A program made the position numbers and the translations under genes. A stretch of 64,000 nucleotides of DNA from Octopus bimaculoides (Eukaryota): the NCBI RefSeq assembly GCF_001194135.2, contig NC_068986.1:45314979-45378978 (forward strand). The letters are read 5' to 3'. Positions within the stretch are counted from its first letter, which is position 1. Each line of letters begins with the position of its first letter. The notes under the pieces were generated by a model, which had not been told where the DNA came from, ran no database searches, and saw only the letters and a list, made by a program, of their open reading frames with translations. Of the stretch, positions 15,701-27,488 are shown in pieces.

Positions 15701-18700
15701 GTGCCAGGAAGAAATACTACTCTTGCTCTCTTTCTAGTAAAGCAATTGCAGGAGAAGTAAACTACTGCACTTGGCTTTCATCAATCTAGAGAAAGCCTTC
15801 AATAGGGTTCCTTGCTCTGCAATCTGGTAACTGTTGTGGAAGCTAGGAAAGATGAATGACTGGAGAGAGACACCCAAGCCATTTACAGGGGTATGGGCAG
15901 TAAGGTAAGAGTAAGCTATGAGTCATCATTATCATCATCATTATTTAATGTCTGCTTTCCATGCTGGCATGGGTTGGATGAGTATGGCAATGAATTTAGT
16001 ATGCAGGTCAGAATTCTTCAAAGCTCAGTTCTCAGCCCCAATTTATTTTCCACCTTCCTCCAGGATATAACAGAAGAATTTAAGACCAGCTGCCTGAGGG
16101 AACTGCTCAATGCTGAAGGCCTTATTCTCATGGCTGAATCTGTAGAAGAATTAGAAAAGAAATTCCAGGGTGGAAGCAAAACCTGGAATCAAAGCTAGTT
16201 TGGCAAAGACCAATGTTCTCTAGTAAGCAGGAAAACAGAATATACTAATCCCTTCAGGAAAATGATGAAAATGGACCTGTTTGATATGGATAAAAGATGT
16301 AAGTAGAAATTCCATATGTTGTACCCAATGTAAACCATGGACACATAAAAGGTGTAGTGGATTCATAGGAAAATTAACAAAGAATAAACTTTGTTTGTGG
16401 TAGATGCATAAGAGCAATAAACACCAAGAAAACAGAAGAAATAGTTTTTCTTGAACGACCAGGAGGATTCTTAGAGGTAGTAGGTAGTTTCAGAAAATGA
16501 ATTGGCTGGGGAAAGTTCAGAGAATTATTATCTCTGTTGGTAATAAAAAGCTTGTCTCTTTCAGAGTGAAAGCCAGATGGTGTGATGCTTATGTATGAAC
16601 AGCAATGCTACATGGTAATGAAACATGGGCCGTGAATGCAGAAGATATGCAAAGATTAGAAAGAAATGAAACTAACATGCTCCACCTGATGTGCAATGTT
16701 AGTGTGCATGTATAACAAGATGCAAATGTGTTGACAAAAAAACTGGGCATAAGAGGAATCTTGTGCCCAGATGAATCTTATGTAATGTGCTAGAGAGAAG
16801 ACTGTACTAGTATGGTCATGTGATATGTATGGATGAGGACAGTTGTATAAAGAAGAGCTGATCACTAAATATGGATGGAACCTGTGGTGGAGGGAGACCA
16901 AGGACAATGTGGGACAAAATAATAGTGAAGACTGACCTAAGGTTGAGTCTTACAAAAGAGATGACAAAACTAAGATGATTGTCAAAAATGAGGTCTTAAA
17001 AGCATATGGTTTATGTCAATGCTCTGCATCCTATTTGTACCTGTCAAGTCTTCCCCACAACCCACAACTCACTTTCATAACACCCATCTCTTAATCTCCC
17101 TTCTATGGTACTATTTCCTTGCAGGTTGTAATTACATGGGAACACAAAAGCATATATTTCATCCTGTCTTTTGTGCTATCACTTATCCTTCTCTTTGAAA
17201 CCACTTCCCTTGTCATCCATCCTGCATTCTCAACATCATGCCTTAGCACTACATTTTCTATTGAATCCTTCCTTCTCCTGAACACCCTCTCATACACTGA
17301 CACCTGCACCCCAACATTTGTTGATCACTCACTGTATCTAACCCCATGAACCTCTGATCTACATCTCAGTTACTGCTCGTCCCTCTCTCTCCCTCCCTCA
17401 CACTTCATATAATTTCTCTATTTCTCATTTATCTATGACTTTATGACACTGATACTCTCCATCCTTCCTTTTATGTCCTTCCATCTATCACCTCCTCCTC
17501 CCTGGCCCACTTCTATTTTCCTTTATCATCTCTTCAAACTGAGATTCACCATTGATCACACCTCCACCCTTGGTTACCAATCACTGCATCCACCTCTATC
17601 TCTAACCATCAGTCACCCTCCTTTTATCAGTCTTGAAAACCTACCCATCCAGCTAGGATCAAATTTCTGTCCTTATTCTCCCTTTATCCATCTTTTTGTA
17701 CCCTGACACTACATCTCCACTATTCTTTCTCTCTTTCCAGCCGGGGGGATCTCCTTTACAAGACACCTGTTCCTGTCGTTCTATCATACATTAGCCTCTC
17801 AATACCAAGTACAAAGCTACCTTTAATAATACTGTACTTCGCTCAATTGAGGGGTCTTGTCTTGTGAGTTACTTGGCAACCTCACTAATGCTGGTGCCAT
17901 GAAAAAAATAAAAAATACCCAGTACATACACTATAATATGGTGGGCATTAGGAAGGGCATCCAGCCATAGAAACCATGCCAATACAGACATTGGAGTTCA
18001 ATGCAGTTGTTTGGCCCATAGAATCTTGTCAAACTATCCAACTCATACTAACATACAACTATGACGTTTAATGATGGTGATGACAACAACGATGACGATG
18101 ATGATGAATTTGCAGAGTAAGGGTATTATTAACTAAACTGATGGTACGCTATTTGTACTCCTTTATTTTTTTTTCTTAATTTTAGTGGGTTGAAAGGTAA
18201 AAATTAATTCAAATTGTATATAACTCAGAGCTTAAACTTCCAAATTCTGGAATATCCTTAACAAAAGTCTTGTCACGTAGGTTCTTTAATCTAGAGTAAA
18301 TGATTTGAGATAAAATTTTGTTAGCATTAGCTAGGCATAACTTAACATTTTGCTTATCATAATTTACCGCCTGATAGTCAAGAATGAAACAAAACTCAAA
18401 TTCTATACTTTAGCAAAAGATGATGCACAAATTTATTCTAATGTTAAATAGCAAATAGAAAGAAAGAACTTACCATGGAGTGACCACTGCAAGCAAAGTA
18501 GGAACTTTCCATACAGTGATCACTGCAAGGGAGACTACCCTTGATTACATAGAAAAATAATCTACACATGAGTTATATATATATTTTTTTTACTTGTTTT
18601 AGTCATTTGACTGCGGCTATGTTGGAGGACCGCCTTTAGTCGAGAAAATCGACTCCAGGACTTATTCTTTGTAAGCCTAGTACTTATTCTATCGGTCTCT

Positions 18701-21700
18701 TTTGCCGAACCGCCAAGTTACGGGGACGTAAACACACCGCCATCGGTTGTCAAGCGATGGTGGGGGGACAAACACAGACACAAACACACATACATACATA
18801 TATACATATATATACATATATATATATATATGTATGATGAAGAAATGGATATAAGTGTGGGTGGGGGAGAGAAAGGAAAGCAAAAATTAATAGTATCATT
18901 TACAGTTGTGAAAATGATTTAAATAAGGGAAATTCACTTAAAGAAAAAAGCCAAAGAGGAAATCATTAGCTGCCAAAGTAGATAATAACATANNNNNNNN
19001 NNNNNNNNNNNNNNNNNNNNNNNNNNNNNNNNNNNNNNNNNNNNNNNNNNNNNNNNNNNNNNNNNNNNNNNNNNNNNNNNNNNNNNNNNNNNNNNNNNNN
19101 NNNNNNNNNNNNNNNNNNNNNNNNNNNNNNNNNNNNNNNNNNNNNNNNNNNNNNNNNNNNNNNNNNNNNNNNNNNNNNNNNNNNNNNNNNNNNNNNNNNN
19201 NNNNNNNNNNNNNNNNNNNNNNNNNNNNNNNNNNNNNNNNNNNNNNNNNNNNNNNNNNNNNNNCGGTGGAGTTTTTAGGTAAATGCACAACAATTTGAAA
19301 AACTTTCTTGCCAATGTTTTAAGCTCTAACTATTACCAATTGTAATATTTTGTAAAGCTAGTGCAAACACACACACACACACACACGTTATAATATGGTT
19401 ATAAAGTTAAAATTTAGAAAGATCCCAAATACACACACACACACATTAACTGTTTCCAAAAAAGTAAACAGCTATAAGAGCTGACATGCCTATAGGTGCA
19501 GGCATGGCTGTGCGATTAAGAAGCTTGCTTTGCCTCTGCCAATGACTGAAACTAGTAAAAGAGTAACAGACCTTGGCTACATATTCTCATGTAATTGTAT
19601 GTCTATCATTATCTTTTAACATCCACTTTTCCATGCTTGCATGGGTCAGATGGAATCAAGTAAGGTAATATTTTCCCATAGCAAGACATATTTTGTTACA
19701 GAAGACTGGAAATAAATAATCTCACTTTTATGATGATGAAGCTCATTAAGAAAGATCATGTGATGCCTTGACAAGGGTACACACAATAACATTCACACAT
19801 CTCTCTCTTGGTCCCTACACACATGTGCACGCACGCATGCGATAAGCTCCTTTCAGTTTCTGCCAACCAAATCCATTTACAAGGCTTTGCTTGACCTGAA
19901 GCTGTAGTAGCTGACACTTGCCCAAGGTGCCACACAATAGGACTGAACCCAAGACCACATGGTCAGGGAATAAGCTTCTTAACTACATAGCCATGCCTGC
20001 ATCTATATATTTATTTATCCACAATACAAATTGATTTTCTTTTCACAAGGAAACAAGATATTTGAAATTGGTCATGTAAAAGCAGTCTTCTATTTAATCT
20101 AAATATTTTTATTGATTTATGGGTTTTGATTGCAATATAATGCATTTAATAAAATATAATGTTTTAAAATGACTTTCTTATTCTACACATATTCTTTCAT
20201 TAAAAAAGGCAGTTAAAGTCGAACTGAAACCCACAGGCTTATGAAACCAGAGCTTATTCATATTTTCAAGGTGTTTATAGGCTGAAAATACAAAATTCAA
20301 ATCCTTAACAGAGTACCAGTCTATAAATAGGTTAACTCCCAAGGTGTCATTGATACTCATTTTCAGCTGAGTGTACTGCAGTAACATGAAATGAAGTGAC
20401 TTGCTAAAGGACACAATGCAATGCCTAGTCTGAGAATCCAACTCATGACCTAACAATTGTGAACACTACATCTGAACCACTAGGGCACACACTTTCACAT
20501 TGTGTATGTTGCTTACTATAATATGACAGTGTTAAACCCTTTAGCATTTAAACTGGCCATATCCAGCCCAAATATTCTACCTGTTTAATGTTCAAACCAG
20601 CCTCTAATACCTATCCTACAATGTCATTCTAAAAATATGCAATCACATCATCAAAATCTCAAAGTTACAGGAAAATGCATTATTAATTAAAAGCAGTGTG
20701 ATTGAATAAGCATTACATTTGAGGGGTTAAATGGAAAGAATATTGGAATGATTTCTCATTACCTTCCCCTAAACAGCAATAAACCAAAGATATTTGGAGG
20801 AAAGGAAATAAAAGTTGTAATACTCGAACTCTATCCAGGAATATCAATAATCTAAATGAGGTGAAACATCTCCATTGTATAATATTCCCTTGATTTTATC
20901 TACTTGCTCAAGAGAGGATTAGATTGTATCAATTTGCTCATGAGAACATTTGAATCAAGCTCTCCAAGTTATTTATACAGTGCATACTGTATTTGTGGAG
21001 GCGCAATGGCCCAGTGGTTAGGGCAGCAGACTCGTGGTCATAGGATTGCAGTTTCGATTCCCGGACCGGGTGTTGTGAGTGTTTATTGAGCGAAAACAGC
21101 TAAAGCTCCATGAGGCTCCGGCAGGGGATGGTAGCAAACTCTGCTGTACTCTTTCACCACANNNNNNNNNNNNNNNNNNNNNNNNNNNNNNNNNNNNNNN
21201 NNNNNNNNNNNNNNNNNNNNNNNNNNNNNNNNNNNNNNNNNNNNNNNNNNNNNNNNNNNNNNNNNNNNNNNNNNNNNNNNNNNNNNNNNNNNNNNNNNNN
21301 NNNNNNNNNNNNNNNNNNNNNNNNNNNNNNNNNNNNNNNNNNNNNNNNNNNNNNNNNNNNNNNNNNNNNNNNNNNNNNNNNNNNNNNNNNNNNCTGTATT
21401 TGATGATATAAAAGATACTTGGGCATATTAGAAGCATTCCAATTTCAGCAGTACGTATTCAGAAAAAAGAGCCCCAGGGACAAAATTAGCTTATGGAAGG
21501 CCCAACTTCGCAGTGTGACCGTTTTGAGATTTTGGGAAAAAAACTTGTCACTTATATGCTTTCAAATACAGTATATTATTTTTGGTACCCTAACCCTAAC
21601 CCTTCTCTATCTCAATGAATCAATGAATGTTAAGTGAAAGTAGCTAAGGAACATTTTCTGAGCAAACATGCACAGATTTTGCCATCTGTAACATTGATAA

Positions 21701-23478
21701 AATCATAAAGAACGGGGGACTGATGGTTTGTCAATAGACTCTGCACTTGACACTATTTTCCATTTCTATTATTATAGATTGTCCAATACAGGTATGCCTT
21801 CTCTGATGGTATGACTTGTGATAGTAATCATGGAATATCGATTAGACTGTTATTTCTTCCTGTGTCATTCTCATGCAATCACACCCTCATAAGAAATAGG
21901 TATTAAATTTGATTTTAAACTTACATGTGTGGAGGAAGTTCATAAAAGTTGATATTGCGGTAACTTTGCATAATATCATTGTTATAGATATCCAGTTGAC
22001 AGTAAGGATTCACTGATACTAGGACAGGACCAATATAAGTCTGCAACAATAAACGTTAAAATGTTACATCATGTTCATTACAGAGATTTTATGAGAAGTT
22101 TTTTAAAAGATTAAATCAGTAAGTTAAGAAATAGAGTTACTTCCCAGTTAAATGGACCACCATATTGAAAATCTAAGCACAAAAATCTTTCAGCTAACTA
22201 ATAACAGATCATTTTTTTTTCTTTTTGGAAAGCAACATAAATTTACTAGACTGCTTTGACACAGTTGTTGTTATTAAATGGAATTTTGATATAATATTGG
22301 AAAAGAGGTTAAATTTAATTAATTATTTTTCTAGAAGTACTGTATGAATAAACTCAGGGAAATTTCCAAGATAAACCCTTGTTTATTTATTTATTTCACA
22401 TTCAGAGGTAGCAAGCTAGTAGAATCATTAGCCTGTTGGACAAAATGCTTTGTGGTATTTCTTCTGGCTCTTTATACTGTGACTTTAAATCCCACAAAGG
22501 TTGACTTTCATCCTTTCAGGATCAATAAAATATGTACCTGTTAAGCATTAGGATTGATGTAATCAATTAACACACCATTTCCAAAATTGCTGGCCTTGTA
22601 CTGAAACTAAAATGAATTTATTCCATATTTATACTAAAGGTTCAAAGAGAAATTAATTACTTAACTCTTCTCTTCCTGTGCATATTCTATGTACTGTTCA
22701 TGAAGTTTTGGTTACCTTTTCTGATGAGCTGTAGTACACCTAAGCACTGTATACAATAAGTTTATTATGATTATTATTGAGTGAGAGAGCAGCACATGCC
22801 ATCAAAGTGACACTGGGGTACAAATATATGAAGCCCAATATACCCGTCATGACTACCCATCTGATAAGGGTACACCAGGCACATGCATCACAACCATATG
22901 ATGACCTTGTATCAAGCTAAGCAGCGTATGACCAGTTAGAAGTTTCTTCAGGTCGAATAGCTCATCCCACTCAAAACATTCCCCGAGTAAGGTTTTTTAA
23001 GGATGATGAACAAAACACCTATGTATCCAGAGGTGAATTATCCAAACTCCCAAAGAATTCCTCTCAACACATGGCTATGATGCTCTCCCACTACTTCTGC
23101 TCATGATCAGAGATGCACATATCGTCAGCTACTAAGAGACATGCTCAGCTGGTTAAGGTCAAGCAACTGACAAGCAAATCTGTGGTATTGAGCAGAATAT
23201 TTGCTGTAGCCCATCTTTTATACCAACACGAAACATGTACATGATAACGCTTCCAATCAGTTTGTTGATCAGGCACACATGGCTTTTATGGGTTTTTCCA
23301 TGAATAACCTTTAAAGCACTTCCGCCTATTGAGAGTTTTTTACTTGTTACATTGTTTCATTGTTATCAAATGTTTACACAAGTGGTTTTTTATGTTTTTT
23401 TTTGCAAAACCCTTTGCATATCGTCTAGTNNNNNNNNNNTGATTTATATTAGTCCTTGTGGCTGATAAAAGAATGAAC

Positions 23479-23520
<42 letters not shown>

Positions 23521-25430
23521 TATTACAAAATTTATCAACTTTTTTTCACAGATTCAGTTCTTATTTAAAGTGAATACTAGATCTGATTTTCACAGTAGTA
23601 GTAGTAGTAGTAAAATGAGGTGGGTGATTCCTAAGAGTAGCAGTACTCATGTATTACTATTCCCATAGCATTTTGAATGCTCCTCTTCATGCTATATTCA
23701 TACTGTTCAAAATATATACATACTGTATTCATACTATTAGAAAACAGATCATATATTTTATTTCATTTTTGAATTTGGTTTGCAAGATTTTATTATGTGA
23801 TTTCGTGTGTTGAAGCATATTCTGTTGTGTCTGGGTAGAGTAATTTTCTTATTGTGCCTTAAAATTTAACACACTCACCGTTAAAATTTCCACTTATTTC
23901 TTATTTTTATTTTCCTAAAATTTTCGTTGCGTCTTGCAACCTTTTCAATAGTCTTGACTCTGTCTGTTATTTATCATACCCCCATACCCACATTTTACAC
24001 AGGTAAAGTAGAACAGTTGATGGGCTTTTATGTAGATAGACATATATTTTAGTTGTACATTTAAATTATAGAATATAAACATACAATTTATCAAATACGA
24101 AGCATAAAAATTTAATGTATTTTACCATTTCTCATAAACTTTCCAATAAACTGAAATTAATGGCTGAAAAATACTCACAAAATTATAAAAAGAAGCTACT
24201 AAAATTGTTAGAATGTAAAATTCTAAAACAAATATTCACAAATTATAATATTGTGAAATATGAATAACATATATATGATCTATATAAACACAGATCTATT
24301 CAAACAGAGCAAAGAGACGGTTGTGGATTCAGTTCCACTATGTGGGAAAGTGTCATGTACTATAATCTCAGGTCATCAATGCCTTGTGTGTGAATTTGGT
24401 AGGCAGAAACTGTGTGGAAGCCCATGTGAGTGTGTCTTTCCTCACCCACCACGAATCAGCATTGGTTTGTTAACATCCTTGTAACTTGGTAGTTTCAAAA
24501 AAGAAACTGATAGAATAAGTACCAGACTTAATAAATAAGAAATTTGTTCAACTAAACCCTTCAAAGCAGTGCCCCAGCATGGCTGTAGTCCAACGACTGT
24601 AACAAGTAAAAGAAAAAAGATATAAATGTAGTATTGAGGGCCTATTTGGTACAGTACACCTTGCCCATTACCAAAACCTATTTATGATATTGGCAATTCA
24701 TATATTGTCACGGGTACATATTGTTATGCTCATTACTTATTTCTTAGTGGTCAAGTCCATCTTGATGAAAGTATGTATTATAATGTTGTATAGTTTACTA
24801 TTTTAATCAGTAGTACCAGATTAAAATTGATGAGCATTTTCTTTACTGGCAAAAAAAGGATTGGGCCAACAACTAATTGAACTCACTACTTGTAAATTAC
24901 AATTCAGCATAAACTAACAATAAAAGAAGTTATGCCAAGGTTGTGTGCACTGCAAGGCATTTGGAGAATGGAAATATTTATAGAACCAACTTTCTTTTTG
25001 GAGAAGTTAATTTAATACTGGAAAATCTTAGGTTCAAATTCATCTCCTTTACTTTCAATGAATCATTTGTTGGCTTATTTCTCAGCCTTTCTGCTTCATT
25101 AATACATTTGTTGATGAGAGAGCTATGATTTGCAGTGTGAAAGTAAACATTAAACAACTTGCTGAAACTAAACATTAACATTCTTTTTAAACAGCAGTTT
25201 ACACTGTATCAGAATAGAATAGAAAACATTTTAACAGTTTAAAATACAAACAATAAAAGATCATTTGAAACATATCAGGAATTGACTAAAATAAATATAC
25301 TTACATAGATAAGGTTTTCTTTAAATCTTTTCTTGAGATTGAGTTTAAAAGCATCAGGATCAGTAAAATTTTCCAGAAGGACAAAGTCCTGCAACCCTAC
25401 ATGGTCTCGCTTGGTTAATTCACTCTCCAT
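1484..25430 (-). CDS. MYO1C: Unconventional myosin class I, Myo1c/Myo1h-like (spliced, 3'-partial, motor domain, 426 codons in window)
   Basis: join(complement: 25305-25430, 21925-22040, 15063-15261, 13284-13364, 12113-12292, 9688-9786, 7086-7196, 5488-5559, 5121-5240, 2877-2944, 1484-1589) = 1278 nt. All introns are GT-AG, phases are compatible and there are no stops. Motifs: P-loop GESGAGKT, switch [21 protein letters not shown], switch II DIYGFE, relay NEKLQQ. The N-terminus [22 protein letters not shown] resembles vertebrate MYO1[23 protein letters not shown]. Confidence 0.95.
1656..2047 (+). mobile_element. tRNA-derived SINE family A (internal TG/TA microsatellite), diverged
   Basis: Head ggcatggctgtgtggttaagaag...gggttttgagttcagtccc; body matches the copies at 9970, 27489 and 37629. 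Confidence 0.85.
2877..2944 (-). CDS. MYO1C: Myosin I coding exon 10 (switch II): [22 protein letters not shown](G)
   Basis: Acceptor ttcttatttctttag|TGT; donor GG|gtaagt; 68 nt. Confidence 0.97.
3380..3752 (+). mobile_element. tRNA-derived SINE family B, full length, 11-bp TSD
   Basis: Head GGAGGCGCAATGGCCCAGTG...TTTCGATTCC (A/B-box like); CAA tail; TSD actgtagcctc at 3369-3379 and 3753-3763. Confidence 0.9.
4868..5083 (-). mobile_element. tRNA-derived SINE family C, starting about 37 nt into the intron after myosin exon 9
   Basis: Reverse complement ggcggtgagctggcagaaacg...gagttcaaattctaccgaggtcgactttgcc; same family at 22406, 42421, 50557 and 50793. Confidence 0.9.
5121..5240 (-). CDS. 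MYO1C: Myosin I coding exon 9: [40 protein letters not shown]
   Basis: Acceptor tactttttctag|ATG; donor AAA|gtaaga; 120 nt; DALAK motif. Confidence 0.98.
5488..5559 (-). CDS. MYO1C: Myosin I coding exon 8: [24 protein letters not shown]
   Basis: Acceptor ttctttgtttatag|TTA; donor AAG|gtatgc; 72 nt. Confidence 0.95.
6693..6746 (+). repeat. (GA)n microsatellite, representative of many in the window
   Basis: Direct reading. Other long tracts: (CA)n 30846-30894 and 59478-59540, (TG)n 44110-44162 and 60720-60769, (TA)n 36707-36745 and 52727-52780, (ATT)n 23480-23525. Confidence 0.95.
7086..7196 (-). CDS. MYO1C: Myosin I coding exon 7: [37 protein letters not shown]
   Basis: Acceptor ttttcttctctttcag|TCC; donor AAA|gtaagt; 111 nt; HLGN motif. 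Confidence 0.96.
7277..7550 (-). mobile_element. 3' tail of the (GAT)n-tailed LINE family (family D)
   Basis: catcgtttaacgtccgctttccatgctagcatggg...; matches the 3' end of the LINE at 46754-48066. Other copies at about 25980, 29238, 36150, 45768, 49545, 51810 and 55040. Confidence 0.85.
7636..8410 (+). mobile_element. Degenerate RTE-clade LINE, RT to 3' end
   Basis: Translates to [47 protein letters not shown]...LRQVEKFK, a degenerate FADD-region RT. Confidence 0.8.
9192..9576 (+). mobile_element. SINE family B, full length, about 13-bp TSD
   Basis: Near-identical to the 3380 and 43194 copies; TSD accactaca(a/t)cca at 9179-9191 and 9577-9589. Confidence 0.9.
9688..9786 (-). CDS. MYO1C: Myosin I coding exon 6: [33 protein letters not shown]
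   Basis: Acceptor atattttcag|GGA; donor GAA|gtaaga; 99 nt. Confidence 0.95.
9970..10348 (-). mobile_element. SINE family A, full length
   Basis: Reverse complement reads ggtggctgtgtggtaagtagcttgc...gactgaaacaagtaaaagagtaaaag; multi-copy in the window. Confidence 0.9.
11041..11395 (+). mobile_element. Short RTE-like retroelement remnant
   Basis: 3' end gttgatggcctatgctc...ggggttaatt resembles RTE 3' termini (recognised by eye). Confidence 0.45.
12113..12292 (-). CDS. MYO1C: Myosin I coding exon 5: [60 protein letters not shown]
   Basis: Acceptor ttctattaaag|GGA; donor CAG|gtaata; 180 nt. Confidence 0.98.
13284..13364 (-). CDS. MYO1C: Myosin I coding exon 4 (switch I): [27 protein letters not shown]
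   Basis: Acceptor ttttcttttatag|GCG; donor AAG|gtaagt; 81 nt. Confidence 0.98.
13471..14430 (-). mobile_element. SINE family A interrupted by a hAT element
   Basis: SINE sequence at 13471-13816 resumes at 14380-14430. Confidence 0.8.
13817..14379 (-). mobile_element. Non-autonomous hAT (Tip100-like) DNA transposon retaining the transposase C-terminal dimerisation region
   Basis: 8-bp TSD ctcaaaac at 13809-13816 and 14380-14387; imperfect TIRs tagggctggattaa / ttaacccagtgctg. Minus frame 14181-13993 reads [62 protein letters not shown]. Confidence 0.85.
15063..15261 (-). CDS. MYO1C: Myosin I coding exon 3 (P-loop): [66 protein letters not shown]
   Basis: Acceptor tttatttatag|C; donor GAG|gtaagt; 199 nt. 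Confidence 0.98.
15520..17000 (+). mobile_element. Degenerate LINE ORF2 (RT with Cys-rich PHD-like insert), itself interrupted by a family D tail
   Basis: RT remnants ([34 protein letters not shown]) followed by a degenerate [17 protein letters not shown]; homologous to 46754-47560. Confidence 0.8.
18585..18820 (-). mobile_element. SINE family A, 3' portion
   Basis: Matches the family A body and tail and ends in a (TA)n tract. Confidence 0.85.
20532..20730. mobile_element. TTAA-flanked MITE, internally deleted
   Basis: ttaa(a)ccctttagcatttaaac...gaggggttaa. Confidence 0.55.
20996..21393 (+). mobile_element. SINE family B, 3' half hidden in an N-gap
   Basis: Same head; TSD ctgtatttg at 20987-20995 and 21394-21402. 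Confidence 0.85.
21925..22040 (-). CDS. MYO1C: Myosin I coding exon 2: [38 protein letters not shown](I)
   Basis: Acceptor ttgttgcag|ACT; donor AT|gtaagt; 116 nt. Not in the ORF track. Confidence 0.97.
23760..23960. repeat. Unclassified interspersed repeat; inverted homolog at about 54680-54880
   Basis: Reverse complement ...gcaacgaaaattttagga...ggtgagtgtgttaaat...gacacaacagaatatgcttcaac...aatcttgcaaaccaaat aligns with 54690-54870. Confidence 0.75.
25305..25430 (-). CDS. MYO1C: Myosin I coding exon 1: [42 protein letters not shown]
   Basis: ATG at 25430-25428; donor TAT|gtaagt at 25304; 126 nt, phase 0. Confidence 0.95.
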
Positions 25431-25922
25431 GTTGATGCAGACTTGGAAAAGCTGGTCCACAGAAATAAAAGAATTTAATCACGTGCTTTACTGGCTGCTT
25501 GTTGTTGTGCAGTGAAGAAAGAGCTGAATGTATTGACCTTCTCCGTACATCTAAAAAAGCAAACATAAAACAAAATGATGTAAATGTAGCAAAGACTAGC
25601 AACAGAAAAATGAACAAAAATAATAAGTAAAAAATTTTAAGTTTCGAGATGCAATATTAATTAGAAGTTATGACTAAAACAGGAAATTATTCATATAAGC
25701 CTCATTATCATCATCATCATTTTTAACATCTGATTTTTCCATGCTTTCATGGGTTGGAAGAGTCCCCTCCAACACAGCATCCCACTGCTTGTTGCATTCC
25801 TGCCATCCTTGTATGAGGTTCAGCCATCACTACCTCTGCTTGTGTTTACTTTGGTCTTCTTTTTCCATTGAATCTTTCAACATGACTAATACTTTTTCAC
25901 TCACCTGTCACTTTCCAAAGAC

Positions 25923-25956
<34 letters not shown>

Positions 25957-25974
25957 ATTGGCAATTCATATATA

Positions 25975-26905
25975 TATATATCATCATCATCATCATCGTT
26001 TAACGTCCGCTTTCCATGCTAGCATGGGTTGGACGATTTGACTGAAGACTGGTGCAACCGGATGGCTACACCAGGCTCCAATCTAATTTGGCANNNNNNN
26101 NNNNNNNNNNNNNNNNNNNNNNNNNNNNNNNNNNNNNNNNNNNNNNNNNNNNNNNNNNNNNNNNNNNNNNNNNNNNNNNNNNNNNNNNNNNNNNNNNNNN
26201 NNNNNNNNNNNNNNNNNNNNNNNNNNNNNNNNNNNNNNNNNNNNNNNNNNNNNNNNNNNNNNNNNNNNNNNNNNNNNNNNNNNNNNNNNNNNNNNNNNNN
26301 NNNNNNNNNNNNNNNNNNNNNNNNNNNNNNNNNNNNNNNNNNNNNNNNNNNNNNNNNNNNNNNNNNNNNNNNNNNNNNNNNNNNNNNNNNNNNNNNNNNN
26401 NNNNNNNNNNNNNNNNNNNNNNNNNNNNNNNNNNNNNNNNNNNNNNNNNNNNNNNNNNNNNNNNNNNNNNNNNNNNNNNNNNNNNNNNNNNNNNNNNNNN
26501 NNNNNNNNNNNNNNNNNNNNNNNNNNNNNNNNNNNNNNNNNNNNNNNNNNNNNNNNNNNNNNNNNNNNNNNNNNNNNNNNNNNNNNNNNNNNNNNNNNNN
26601 NNNNNNNNNNNNNNNNNNNNNNNNNTTACACTTTCAGCGCACCCACCCCCACTACTAACTTGGTCACCCAGATAGCGGAAGCTATTGACTACCTCTAGTT
26701 TTTCTCCCTGGAATGAGATAGAAGTTGTTTCCTGTTTGTTTACAGTGTTTATTGCACCTGAACATCTGCCACATACAAAACCTAACTTTGTAGTTAATCT
26801 GCCTTTGATATTGCTGCACCTCTTATGTGTCCATAGCTTGCACCGGGTACATCTTATAGAGTTACTACCTACTCCTTTACTGCATACTGAGCAAGGCCAT
26901 CTACC
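25975..26905 (-). mobile_element. 5'-truncated LINE (PHD-insert family) spanning an N-gap, with (GAT)n tail
   Basis: GRWPCSVCSKGVGSNSIRCTRCKLWTHKRCS...FVCGRC...FRYLGDQVSSGGG at 26905-26627; family D tail at 25975-26093. Confidence 0.88.
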
Positions 26906-27488
26906 TACATACATAGACATACACATATAGATATATACATACATACAAATATATATATATATATATATATATACATATTTACATACATATCCACAATGCA
27001 TATATGTAATACATATATTACACACATACACATGCCTGTGAACACACACATATCCCTTTCTTACAAGACATACATAGCATAATCATTACAACACAGGGAA
27101 CTTGCAACTATGGAATGAGCTGCAGACTGGCATGTCTAAAAGGTAGTAAGTAAGCAACTGAATGATCAATGATTTGTACTTTATCACTGTGCTGTGCTAC
27201 ACTTATGGCCAAGACACTTAGAACTTAACAACCCAATCCACCTAACTGTAAGTAGGTACCAGAAGGTGGTTTTTGTTGTTGCTGAATGAGATGTTTGCTC
27301 ATAGGAGAAGTTAAATGCAGCACTTGAAATCAACAAAAGGCACTCATATATTTCATACAATCATATGTATGTTAAGTATGGTGGTAATGGTGGGAGTTTG
27401 TTCAGCTAACCCTTCAAGGCAATGCCCCAGTGTAGAAACAGTCCAAAGAATGAAACAGGTAAAAGAAAAAAAAAACAACATATATATA

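Noticed and set aside
18469-18560. Possible extra myosin exon ending CCATG|gtaagt ([13 protein letters not shown])
   Set aside because: No myosin similarity; it is phase 0 within a phase-2 intron; candidate cassette lengths (49 or 13 nt) would frameshift; exons 2 and 3 already join perfectly.
21587-21605. Telomere-like (CCCTAA)n
   Set aside because: Only 2-3 units, apparently inside an interspersed repeat; not an interstitial telomere.
21778-21791. Plus-strand micro-exon-like ag|attgtccaatacag|gtatg
   Set aside because: Isolated, with no partner exons; expected by chance in AT-rich DNA.
25431-25460. [10 protein letters not shown] extension on the ORF-track entry 25275..25460
   Set aside because: The first codon is GTG, not ATG; homology starts at ATG 25430.
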